Positions 18,603-27,260 of a stretch of DNA of 64,000 bases are shown one piece after another. This stretch comes from an uncultured Gemmatimonadales bacterium (lineage in GTDB: Bacteria > Gemmatimonadota > Gemmatimonadetes > Gemmatimonadales > GWC2-71-9), in the NCBI GenBank assembly GCA_963748815.1, contig CAVVKJ010000010.1:160001-224000 (forward strand), in the 5' to 3' direction. Both the position numbers and the translations under genes were made by a program. The notes beneath the pieces are model-generated. The model searched no databases. It had not been told where the DNA came from and was given only the letters and a program-made list of their open reading frames with translations. Numbering within the stretch: the stretch's first letter is position 1; every line of letters starts with the position of its first letter.

Positions 18603-19097
18603 GGCAGCGTCACCAGTCGAGGTCACGGAGCGCGCAAGTCCGGACGATCAGAGTACGCCCAGATCAGCGACGGGCACGGCGATAAGCGACGATGCGCCAG
18701 TCCCTCAGAGCTGGCCCGATTCTGAACGCGAGTCGACGTCCACGAGGCGGCAAGCGCGACTCGACAGGTGTCGCACTTGGGGGCCGACTGATGACGGCAC
18801 GCCGACGAACTCATCCTCGGTCCACGCAACGGCCGATGGAGGCGTCACGTCTGCTCATGCGTGCCGACACGTGTGACTGTGCTGCTACTGGTGCAGAGCG
18901 TGTGCGGAAGCGGCGCGCTGCACGCGGGACCAATGACGCAGGCCGGCGATCCATGGCGCCGACGCGAAGGCGCAGATCCTGGCGAGCATCGCGAGGAACG
19001 AGCCGCAGGCATGCCGACCGCACAGCTGAAGCCCTGATGCGTCGGGTCGCGGCATGCGATGTGCATCGCGTTCGGCATGTCAGTCGGTGCGCTGTCC
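18603..19097. other. Apparently gene-less cassette body
   Basis: About 495 bp between two intact attC sites; only short, unconvincing ORFs. Confidence 0.6.
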
Positions 19098-19225
19098 GCC
19101 TAACGAATGGCGCATCAGCTGCGAGGGCGCTCGCGGCAGCCGCCGCGCGACCTCGCAGTCAGTATAAAGCGCGGCGGCTGCCGCAGATAGAGCGCGCCCT
19201 CGACAGCTGCATGCGCTGGTTAGGC
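19098..19225 (-). repeat. attC site (128 bp family)
   Basis: GCCTAAC...GTTAGGC. Confidence 0.93.
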
Positions 19226-19577
19226 GGCACGGCGACCGGGCATAGACTCAACCAGCGGGACCCAGGAGGACCGTGCTCCTAGGTCGAGCGGGTTGATGCA
19301 ACCTTCGAACGTTGGGGTCGGCTTTGTGCTTTCACTCTGGCTAAGCGGAGAGCTGCCAGCTACTGCCTTCCGCGATTGGCCGTCAGGAGTCAATCGCAAG
19401 ACGGGCATGGGGCAGCTGGGCAGCGGTGGCGAAGATCCTTCGGGCCAGCGAGTCGAGCGCGAAGGGAGTCATTCCCGAAGTGGGGCGAGAGGATCTTGGG
19501 GTGCAGCCTGAGCAGCAAGTCGTGAGGTCCCAAGGACGGCCAGCGCTACGAACGGTTGCGATGAATGGCGAATGCAT
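19220..19577 (-). pseudogene. Disrupted small secreted-protein gene (cassette)
   Basis: Frame ending in R'' reads FVALAVLGTSRLAAQA...*...CPMPV...GCINPL; internal TGA at 19471-19469; ATG 19577 out of frame. Confidence 0.5.
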
Positions 19578-19731
19578 ATTCAGGTCCTCACCGAGGAGGG
19601 TACTGCAGTGGCGCAAGAGCGCGGACTCAGTCAAGGGCCTTGATGCGCAACGGCCTTGGCTCGTCGCAGTCGTTGTTGAGGCACTGAAGCGTGGTCGAAG
19701 CAATATGACATCACATGAAGCCGTTGTGTCC

Positions 19732-19859
19732 GCCTAACGTACTGCGCATCAGCTGCGAGGGCGCTCGCGGCAGCCGCCGCGCGACCTCGCCAGTAGTATC
19801 AGGCGCGGCGGCTGCCGCCGCAAGAGCGCGCCCTCGACAGCTGCATGCGCTGGTTAGGC
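19732..19859 (-). repeat. attC site (128 bp family, GATACT-loop variant)
   Basis: GCCTAAC...GTTAGGC; stop of the upstream ORF in R''. Confidence 0.93.
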
Positions 19860-20198
19860 GGTACCTGTTGGCAACCCCTTGGGTCGGAGCCGCCGTTCAT
19901 TCACCAGAAATGCGATATTGACGAGCGACATCACGGTGATCCCGGTGGATACACTAACGGGGATCAGATTGAGCATGGCGAGACCGCAGAAGATGTCGGC
20001 CAGTGTCGGAAAAAGCATCCTCGTGGCGGGTACCGAGCCGCGGAGGAGAAACATGGCAATGCCACAGAGCAATACGACCGCGCCCAAGAACATCGTGGCC
20101 TCCGTGGCACGCCCGCTCGTATAGAGGTATCGCGCCAGCAGCAACGGCACGGCCAGTAGAACGACAAGAAGCGCGAGTCGACCGGCAGTGGATCTCAT
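19854..20198 (-). CDS. Small membrane protein (about 4 TM; cassette)
   Basis: Hydrophobic; GGAG RBS; TAA overlaps R''. Confidence 0.7.
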   Translation of the reverse strand: MRSTAGRLALLVVLLAVPLLLARYLYTSGRATEATMFLGAVVLLCGIAMFLLRGSVPATRMLFPTLADIFCGLAMLNLIPVSVSTGITVMSLVNIAFLVNERRLRPKGLPTGTA

Positions 20199-20254
20199 GG
20201 ACGTCTCCCCATACGAGGGTAGGCCTGCGCGAGCAACCCTTTGCGCGGCCCCGA

Positions 20255-20473
20255 CTACAGCACTTCCCTAGCCCCTGAGCCCTTCTTCGTACGAGCAGTG
20301 AGCCATCCCGCAATTGCGAGCGCCAACAATCCTTGTCCGATAACCGCGTAGATCCGCGTTGCGCTGGCCTCAGGATGGCTATCGGGTGTGATCAGCCAGT
20401 AGACCGCCTGGGCCGCCATCATCAACAGCATGCCGACCAGTACTCCAGACTTGAAGCCATTCCGAGTCTGCAT
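20255..20473 (-). CDS. Small membrane protein (2 TM; cassette)
   Basis: AAGGAG RBS directly after R'; two hydrophobic helices. Confidence 0.72.
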   Translation of the reverse strand: MQTRNGFKSGVLVGMLLMMAAQAVYWLITPDSHPEASATRIYAVIGQGLLALAIAGWLTARTKKGSGAREVL

Positions 20474-20492
20474 GACGCTCTCCTTGGTATCC

Positions 20493-20552
20493 GCCTAACG
20501 CTCCGGTTCAGTGGCGGCGCGCAGCGCCGTCCACTGCAACCGGTTGTTAGCT
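20493..20552 (-). repeat. Short 60-bp attC (59-be-like), different family
   Basis: Minus strand AGCTAAC-AACCG-GTTGCAGT...ACTGAAC-CGGAGC-GTTAGGC with two unpaired bases in the R''/L'' arm. Confidence 0.9.
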
Positions 20553-20577
20553 GGCGCATAAAGTGATAGGCGTTCGT

Positions 20578-21825
20578 TTAGTTAGTAGGAACCAGAGACA
20601 AGGCGCCCAAAGATTCGAGGCAGCCGCGATGAGCGTCTTCGGAGCGGCCGCGTCCTCTGCGAGATTGTCTGCGACCCTCCTCAACTCTTCGAGTCGCTCG
20701 GTTACGATACGTCTCGCGATACCTGGAATCTGATGGAAGGGGAACATGCCTTGACATTGCGAACGACGGTCCCGCCCGCTCACCATGCCCGCTCTCGCCT
20801 GCCGGAAGAAGGGTCAGCGCCTCACCCAGTGGTTTCACCACGACGGGCATTCCGACGACCGCCACGTGAGCAAACCACTCCACTTGCGCGCGGCTGGCCG
20901 TTGGGTTACTAAATACATACTGCAGCATTCGCAGTAAGAGCATGTAAATCTCATCAAACAGCTCCGACACAGCGCACGCATACGGATCCGTAAGACGCGT
21001 GGTCACGCACAAGGGATCATTGCCATAGTCGCCGCGCGCGCGCGCAATCGGGTTGATCACAGCTAGCCTCGCCGGCTCGAATACGGCGGGCTCTTCTGCA
21101 ACCGCAGCCATTTCGTCCTCGTACTCTTTGAGTACTTCGATGAAGGCGCCGTAGTGGGAGTTCACAGGGTCAGCAGGATTTCCTTCACCCTGCTCAATGA
21201 TCATGTCTATCGCTGCAAATGCGCTCTCGCGATCGACGACGCTGATGACGTCAGGAAAATCGACCAGATCACGGCCGACTTGCAGGTCGGGGTTGCCGAT
21301 GAACAGCGCGTCCGATGCTATGGTCTCAAACCCCCTGCGAATGAGCGAGTACAGTTCGCCGACGCTCGTATACGTGGGGTTTGACATTTCGGTCTGCGGG
21401 ATCCCCAAATCTGTTCCGCATGCCTCCTCCGCTGGCAGGGTCTGCGGTCGTTCGTAGAACACGAACCTGCGCATGGCGTGTAGCCCAAAGGGTTCCAGCG
21501 ACAGATTCGCTTGAATAGGATAGTACTTAGCGTTCTGAGGGAAGTTCGGGCGGAGGTAGTACGGAGTGCCACCAATAGCCGACAACAAGTTCCACGCCTG
21601 GCCAAGGTGCAGCATCTCCTCGGACGCGACGAAGTAGATTTGAGCTGCCCACTTCCGCACCAACTGAACCTGCTTCCAAGTGATATTGCCCTCACTTAGG
21701 TCCTGCTTCAGTGTAAACGCACTGTAGAGATAGGAACACGTCAGCCCGTGCTCCAACTCGCATGCTTCTGAGAGCAGGCTAAGCAAGTCGGAGCGAGTAC
21801 TCGGCACGCGCAGACGTCGACTCAT
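20578..21825 (-). CDS. Ferritin-like domain protein (type related to the VioB/RebD C-terminal domain); likely frameshift near 20725
   Basis: EACELEH...YLYSAFTLK, EEMLHL, IIEQGEG, SHY motifs; ATG 21825 overlaps the GMC stop (ATGA). Confidence 0.82.
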   Translation of the reverse strand: MSRRLRVPSTRSDLLSLLSEACELEHGLTCSYLYSAFTLKQDLSEGNITWKQVQLVRKWAAQIYFVASEEMLHLGQAWNLLSAIGGTPYYLRPNFPQNAKYYPIQANLSLEPFGLHAMRRFVFYERPQTLPAEEACGTDLGIPQTEMSNPTYTSVGELYSLIRRGFETIASDALFIGNPDLQVGRDLVDFPDVISVVDRESAFAAIDMIIEQGEGNPADPVNSHYGAFIEVLKEYEDEMAAVAEEPAVFEPARLAVINPIARARGDYGNDPLCVTTRLTDPYACAVSELFDEIYMLLLRMLQYVFSNPTASRAQVEWFAHVAVVGMPVVVKPLGEALTLLPAGESGHGERAGPSFAMSRHVPLPSDSRYRETYRNRATRRVEEGRRQSRRGRGRSEDAHRGCLESLGALSLVPTN

Positions 21826-23504
21826 GGCGACCCTCGCTTCAAGTCTTGGAGAGACCTTTCGATGGTCGAAAGACTTCTCAGTAGGACTGCAATGGCGGTA
21901 AGTGTGGGATTCGCGGTCCCAGACGTGGGAAAGACCGATGACCCCACAATGTAAAGGTTTCGATGATCGTGGCTTTGACACATCGGCGTGACAACCGAGC
22001 TTCTTGCATCGTTGCCCATGCGGCACGTGCCGATGATGTGATTGGCGCTCGAATACGCGCTCGGGTCTGGTGGAAAGACCGTTTCAAGTGCTCCAAGTCG
22101 TTGGAACATCTCTCTGATCACTCGCTGTGCTATTGCAAATGAGTCTGTCTGGTAGGAAGACGGCCTGAAAGCGATCTTCGGTTTTGGGATGCCCATCTCA
22201 TCCAGATCGTTTGAGAGCGTTACCTTATTGTCCCGCCCGGGGAGTGTCTCGGTCGAATAGCTGATTCGAAATTGGGCCGACAGCCTACTCCGTATTCTCT
22301 CCCGGAGTACGCGGCCGAAGAGAGGGGGCGCGTTGCCGCCCTGACGCACGAGTCTCGTCAGTGTATCGTAGGGTCCTCGCACCAGCCCCCAGCCATCATT
22401 ACCAATCGACATGCGGAACGCTGAGTGGCGCGCCCGAAACGCACCGTCGCGGAATGAATCGATACCTGATGTCGTCGGTGGCCCGCGAAACGGGTAAACG
22501 GGAAACGGCAGTATTGCCGCAGCTTGCCCTTGCAGATGATCCATCAGGCATTGGCCGACATACCCGCTTGAGTTGGCGACACCGGTAGGTGAATTGATGC
22601 CGGCTGATAGCAGTAAGATCTTCGGCGTTTCTATGGCGTGTGCAGCCAGAACGACGAGCCGCGCTCGGATAGTTGCCCGCGCTAGATCGGGCCAGCGTAG
22701 GTACTCAACCGCCTGGATCAGTCTGTCTTCGCCCACTAGGAGCTTTGTGACAACACAACGTTCCATCAACACGGCACCTGCAGCCACCGCCTTCTTAACA
22801 TGCACCGTTGCGTCATACTTCGCTCCGATTGGGCAGATCGGGTCGCAAGTGGAATTGCCAGCACAGGGAGGCCTCCCATCGTATGGCTGTGAATTGCGCG
22901 CCTGTGGTGTCCCCATTATTCGGAGTGGGACCCCTTCGACAATCAAGCCATTGATGCCGTCCGCTACCCGGCCGTCCCCATAGCTCGCCCACACCTCGGA
23001 CATGGGAAACGGTTTGCTCCTAAATGCACCAAAGTAGTTTTGCCACTCTTCATGGTTGCCCGAAACGCCCAACTCGTGTTCAGCCTCGCCGTAATACTCC
23101 TCTAGATCTCCATACCCGATCGGCCAATCGACCCCAATCCCGTAAGTTGAGTGCAGCAGAAAGTCGCTAGGAATAAACCTCGGAACATTTCCCCTCCAAT
23201 GCCATGTCGATCCGCCAGTTCGCCTCGTGTACGTGGACTTGAAAGCGGCGTCTGGCTGGTCGTAGTAAGGATCACTACCGCCATCTGGGCTCGGGACCCA
23301 CTTCGACGCTTCCGTTCCTCTGTACGGGGAGTTCATCGTCTTCTTTGACGCCGTAACGTAGTTGGCTACGAGCGTCGCGCGCGCTGGACCCGTCTCGCCC
23401 GCTTCCACGATTACAACTCGGTGACCTCTCGACGCGAACCGGTGCGCGGCAATAGCACCGCACACACCCGAGCCGATCACGACTATGTCAGTTTCTTCGA
23501 TCAT
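21822..23504 (-). CDS. GMC oxidoreductase (FAD sugar dehydrogenase large-subunit type)
   Basis: IGSGVCG, GGSTWHW, CAGNSTCDPICP Cys cluster, VGQCLMDH, NHIIGTCRMG, TANPTLT. Confidence 0.92.
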   Translation of the reverse strand: MIEETDIVVIGSGVCGAIAAHRFASRGHRVVIVEAGETGPARATLVANYVTASKKTMNSPYRGTEASKWVPSPDGGSDPYYDQPDAAFKSTYTRRTGGSTWHWRGNVPRFIPSDFLLHSTYGIGVDWPIGYGDLEEYYGEAEHELGVSGNHEEWQNYFGAFRSKPFPMSEVWASYGDGRVADGINGLIVEGVPLRIMGTPQARNSQPYDGRPPCAGNSTCDPICPIGAKYDATVHVKKAVAAGAVLMERCVVTKLLVGEDRLIQAVEYLRWPDLARATIRARLVVLAAHAIETPKILLLSAGINSPTGVANSSGYVGQCLMDHLQGQAAAILPFPVYPFRGPPTTSGIDSFRDGAFRARHSAFRMSIGNDGWGLVRGPYDTLTRLVRQGGNAPPLFGRVLRERIRSRLSAQFRISYSTETLPGRDNKVTLSNDLDEMGIPKPKIAFRPSSYQTDSFAIAQRVIREMFQRLGALETVFPPDPSAYSSANHIIGTCRMGNDARSSVVTPMCQSHDHRNLYIVGSSVFPTSGTANPTLTAIAVLLRSLSTIERSLQDLKRGSP

Positions 23505-23509
23505 CTCGA

Positions 23510-23923
23510 TCAGTTCTCCGGCGGGTAATGCCAGTACCCAAAGTAGCCGCCCGACAACGCTGGCGGATGGGCCCCGATGACGTCCCAGAGCAGTGCCCGG
23601 AAGTGATGCTCGGGCTTCCCGAATATCAACTCGATTTGCCCCTTGTCATCAAATGCCATGGTCGCAGAGCTGTACCAAAGGACGATGATCTGCTCCGCTA
23701 GGCTTCTTAGGACTGGGTCAGAGGCAAGGGTCGCCGCTATCGACTCATCATCGATCGTGCCTAGTGCCTTTAGCTCGCCGTAAGAGGCAAGAAGTCGATT
23801 TAGCACCCTCTCCAACCCGAGACTGCGCAGTCGCTCCTCATACTCCGAGGCAAGGTCGGCGGGAAGGTCATCAACGCCCGTAAACGCTGTGGACAATTCG
23901 ATGAAGAGAGATCTAGTCGACAT
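23510..23923 (-). CDS. Sugar dehydrogenase small (gamma) subunit-like protein, no Tat signal
   Basis: FIELSTAFTG...IIVLWYS...ALLWDVIGAHPPALSGGYFGYWHYPP; directly upstream of the GMC gene. Confidence 0.75.
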   Translation of the reverse strand: MSTRSLFIELSTAFTGVDDLPADLASEYEERLRSLGLERVLNRLLASYGELKALGTIDDESIAATLASDPVLRSLAEQIIVLWYSSATMAFDDKGQIELIFGKPEHHFRALLWDVIGAHPPALSGGYFGYWHYPPEN

Positions 23924-25616
23924 CGAAAAGCTCCCAGAAGCTATATGCGGTCATGCCGGTAGGAGGTGCTTCACCTGGTATGGCGATTCGCACGCGGGGG
24001 CGCGGGCGAGCATCATCTAGTTTTGCCGACTCATCCGCAATTCTCCAGTCGTGCTCGAATAGCTGTTGGTAATAGGCGGCTACATCTTCGTGCTCGACGA
24101 CAAGGCTCGCATCTCTATTCGATGTCATTCCGGCGTTAGTAAAGTTGTGACTGCCAATCAGGACCGTCCGGCCATCGGCGATGATTCCCTTGTTATGGCA
24201 TCCGGGCTGAAAACGAATCTTGTCGACGTCGAATCCTTTGGCGCGATACACGTCGAGCCGATCTTCGACATTGTCGAATGGAAACACGCGTAGAAGCAGC
24301 CTAAAGTCTCTGATTTCGCGAGACTTCGCCGCAAGAAGCCGAGTGAACTCTGTGTAGTTATTGTCCTGATCTTCCTCACTCTTCAGGAAGGCAAGACTCT
24401 GATTCTGGACCAACAACTGGCTCTGTGCCTGCTGTACCAGCGTCATTACCGCTTCGATGTACGCATCCCCTGGCGTAAGCAGTGGCACGACTCGGTGTTG
24501 CCTATCTGCTGTAAAGAAGAATTCCGCCGGTGCGACGAACGTGTCATACGGGAACTCCTTCGGCGGCTGGTCGAGGAAGATCATGGGCCCCGCTGCCGCG
24601 ATGACGAACCTCGCGGGCGCGGCTTCACTCTGGGCAGCTCGGAGGTCTCTTTCGATGATCTCCGCCAAAGCGTCTGATGCGGCGGCGTGGTCACAGATCA
24701 CATGCCATTCACGGTTGCACTTTGGTAGACGCTCATTGGTGCGGTCAGCCCCTAGGGGATCGAGGTTTGGCTGATTCGAGGACTGCCAACTTCCGCTTGA
24801 AAGCCAGAAGGAACCACGGTCACGAACCGCCAACTTGATGTGGTAGTGAAATCCGCCGCGCATTGACGCGAACGAGTGATCGAAGCCGCTGCCAAAGCAC
24901 CTAGCAAATCTCTGCACATGCTCAGCCTCTGTGCGATCGAACTCCTTCATGCTCCCCTTTCCGCCGATCACCAGCCTGCTATCGAGTGTCAGCTTGAAAG
25001 TCTGTACACGACGGGCGACGTCCTGGCACAGCAGATCGCCAACGTGCGGAGCTGTTAACTCGTACATCCCAACAACTAATTCTTGTTGGGCGTTTCGGAG
25101 GAATTCGCGCAACCCCCTCCATCCTGCATCAGGGCTCGCGTGGCAAAGGAGCCTCAAGGGTCCTTGCAGTGGTTGCAGCGTTCCGTTGCCTCGCATCCGA
25201 TCGGCTAGCTCAGCGCGGCGTTCGCGCGCCGCGCGCGTAGCGCTCCTTGATCGCGGCGCGGGGACCCCAATCGCCTCCGGCAAGAACGGATACCCAAGCA
25301 GCGTCTCCAGTTCGGATAGCATTTCCTCATGTATGCCGTATTTGGCCGGCTGCGCAAACAGCGCCTTAAGGGGGCTCGCTTCGACCACGTCCACGTTCTC
25401 AGCTCCGAACAGGGTTTGCAGATCCTCTTCCGGCGCCAAAGAGCTCTGGCTAACCTTCCGCTCCACGGTGACCACGACAGTCGGCGTGTCCGCCACTGCG
25501 CGGCCACCTTGCTTTCGCACGCCTGGCTCCAAAGCAAGAACACCCGGCAAGCTCAGCGCGCGCGCCGCCTTGTCTCGCACGAGCGACCGCACGTAATCCG
25601 CCGTCCTAATCGTCAT
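23913..25616 (-). CDS. Phospholipase D superfamily protein (two HKD motifs; possible nuclease)
   Basis: YHIKLAVRD...SSGSWQSSN and CHNKGIIAD...IGSHN...NRDAS; extra N-terminal domain; no signal peptide. Confidence 0.88.
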   Translation of the reverse strand: MTIRTADYVRSLVRDKAARALSLPGVLALEPGVRKQGGRAVADTPTVVVTVERKVSQSSLAPEEDLQTLFGAENVDVVEASPLKALFAQPAKYGIHEEMLSELETLLGYPFLPEAIGVPAPRSRSATRAARERRAELADRMRGNGTLQPLQGPLRLLCHASPDAGWRGLREFLRNAQQELVVGMYELTAPHVGDLLCQDVARRVQTFKLTLDSRLVIGGKGSMKEFDRTEAEHVQRFARCFGSGFDHSFASMRGGFHYHIKLAVRDRGSFWLSSGSWQSSNQPNLDPLGADRTNERLPKCNREWHVICDHAAASDALAEIIERDLRAAQSEAAPARFVIAAAGPMIFLDQPPKEFPYDTFVAPAEFFFTADRQHRVVPLLTPGDAYIEAVMTLVQQAQSQLLVQNQSLAFLKSEEDQDNNYTEFTRLLAAKSREIRDFRLLLRVFPFDNVEDRLDVYRAKGFDVDKIRFQPGCHNKGIIADGRTVLIGSHNFTNAGMTSNRDASLVVEHEDVAAYYQQLFEHDWRIADESAKLDDARPRPRVRIAIPGEAPPTGMTAYSFWELFDVD

Positions 25617-26476
25617 GGCCGCATCCTCGATGGGATTAGGTCATCCTGTCCGAGCTTCAGAGCCGTCAACGCGTCACGCAAGACGTCATAGAACTCAGTC
25701 GTGGTAGGCTCAAGGCCCTGCGTGTTTCCCCAGAAGATCTTTAACGCCTCAACCCCATCGGCGGTGTTCCCTGCGGTAACAATTGCTTCTTGAAGTATTC
25801 TGCGTTCTTCTACGTCGCGAATGGTGACTACAATTGGATCGCTCGGGATAGGCTTTGATCGAGCGACCCGGACTAAGACATCCTCGGCGTCTCCGTAACC
25901 AGGTTGTCTTGCGAGATCGATGATTACCCCGTCGTGGCCTGCTCCTAGATCGACCTTTCCTTCGTATACCGCCCGCGCTACTGTTTCGTGGCCCTTCAGG
26001 AACTCTATCCGGTTGAATGCGAATATCGGATGCATAGCAGCCTCCTTCAACATGAAGGCCGGAATCAGGAAGTTCGACGTTGAGTACGAGTGGCCGTAGC
26101 CGACAGACCGCCCAGCCGCATCCTGTAGGCTTCGAATCGCACTCTTCTTGTGCGCATAAAGCTGAGCAAAGTAGACCACGCCGACTTTGCCGTCGATAAT
26201 GCGCTTAGCGATCGCCACCGCTTCAGCATCCCCCGTTCGATTCCGCGCAAAGACGAATCCCAGAGGATTCATGAGCGCTATGTCCACCGCCCGTTCAGCA
26301 ACTTGATTAATCTGCTCTGGCACGTCGACGGGCGGCAGGAGACGGATCTCAGGGTTGTTTTGGCCGAGTCTTCTCAACTCGACCTCGACGAGTCGCGCAA
26401 ACTTTGCAATTTGGTCAGCGATCACGGTTTGCGGGACGTTCTGCGTTAACCATGGGTAGTAACTCAATCGGTACAT
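25613..26476 (-). CDS. PhnD/phosphate-phosphonate binding-protein fold, lacking a signal peptide
   Basis: VDIALMNP, IRSLQDAAG, STSNFLIP, GHETVARAVYEGKVDLG, IPSDPI; GGAGG RBS. Confidence 0.85.
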   Translation of the reverse strand: MYRLSYYPWLTQNVPQTVIADQIAKFARLVEVELRRLGQNNPEIRLLPPVDVPEQINQVAERAVDIALMNPLGFVFARNRTGDAEAVAIAKRIIDGKVGVVYFAQLYAHKKSAIRSLQDAAGRSVGYGHSYSTSNFLIPAFMLKEAAMHPIFAFNRIEFLKGHETVARAVYEGKVDLGAGHDGVIIDLARQPGYGDAEDVLVRVARSKPIPSDPIVVTIRDVEERRILQEAIVTAGNTADGVEALKIFWGNTQGLEPTTTEFYDVLRDALTALKLGQDDLIPSRMRP

Positions 26477-26507
26477 GATGTCCTCCAGATTGCGAGTCCG
26501 TTGTGCC

Positions 26508-26634
26508 AGCTAACGACTGGCGCATCAGCTGCGAGGGCGCTCGCGGCAGCCGCCGCGCGACCTCCCAGCAGTATCAGGCGCGGCGGCTGCCGCCGCAAGA
26601 GCGCGCCCTCGACTGCTGCATGCGCTGGTTAGGC
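26508..26634 (-). repeat. attC site (128 bp family, GATACT-loop variant)
   Basis: AGCTAAC...GTTAGGC, 127 bp. Confidence 0.93.
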
Positions 26635-26641
26635 GGCTGGT

Positions 26642-27106
26642 TCACTGAGGAAGCGGCTTCCCAGGACCTAACAGGGCTCGAACCGCCTCGCCCTGACCTG
26701 ACTCAAATATCGGGGAGCACCAACCGATTGGAATGCTGTCGGCGTCGTCGGGCACCAGGAGCAAATAGGTCTTGCCTGTAAGGAGGGTTCGATCGCAGGA
26801 ATCGCCCGGCGTGTGATTGGCGTCATACACAACAATTGTGGCTCGCGGCGCCCCCTTCCAGACTCGGCTGACGAGCATGACGGCATGGTCGAAGCCTGAA
26901 AACGTATGGACCCTCCCAAACACGATTGCCTCGCCAGAGAGTAGGTAATGCGCGACGATGGTGCCTTCCACGATCAACCCGGCCGAGTCAATGAGCGCCT
27001 GAGGCGGTAGGCGGCGGTCACAAACACAGCGCCCGCCATCGGCGCATTCGGCGGACGGCGAAGCGCCGGCGAGCAAGAGTGGGATGAGCAGGAGTGTGTG
27101 CTTCAT
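26642..27106 (-). CDS. Secreted protein, bacterial TIMP/NTR-like (cassette)
   Basis: Signal peptide; CVC, LIVEGTIV, VSRVWKG, SC, GKTYLL, CS pattern. Confidence 0.65.
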   Translation of the reverse strand: MKHTLLLIPLLLAGASPSAECADGGRCVCDRRLPPQALIDSAGLIVEGTIVAHYLLSGEAIVFGRVHTFSGFDHAVMLVSRVWKGAPRATIVVYDANHTPGDSCDRTLLTGKTYLLLVPDDADSIPIGWCSPIFESGQGEAVRALLGPGKPLPQ

Positions 27107-27119
27107 GTTGTGCCAGTCC

Positions 27120-27248
27120 GCCTAACGAATGGCGCATCAGCTGCGAGGGCGCTCGCGGCAGCCGCCGCGCGACCTCGCATCTAGTATAAAGCGCGGCGGC
27201 TGCCGCAGACTAGAGCGCGCCCTCGACAGCTGCATGCGCTGGTTAGAC
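27120..27248 (-). repeat. attC site (128 bp family)
   Basis: GCCTAAC...GTTAGAC, 129 bp. Confidence 0.93.
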
Positions 27249-27260
27249 AGCGACGGCCAC

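Larger units (their letters stand above)
20499..26513 (-). mobile_element. Single ~6.0-kb five-gene cassette
   Basis: Cassette start (GCCAGCTAAC, 26505-26514) is the exact reverse complement of its own R'' end (GTTAGCTGGC, 20546-20555); no internal attC seen. Confidence 0.88.

Noticed and set aside
20199..20270. Hairpin between two small genes as a hidden attC
   Set aside because: No intact R boxes. The ends at 19853 and 20499 pair with each other, so both genes belong to one cassette.
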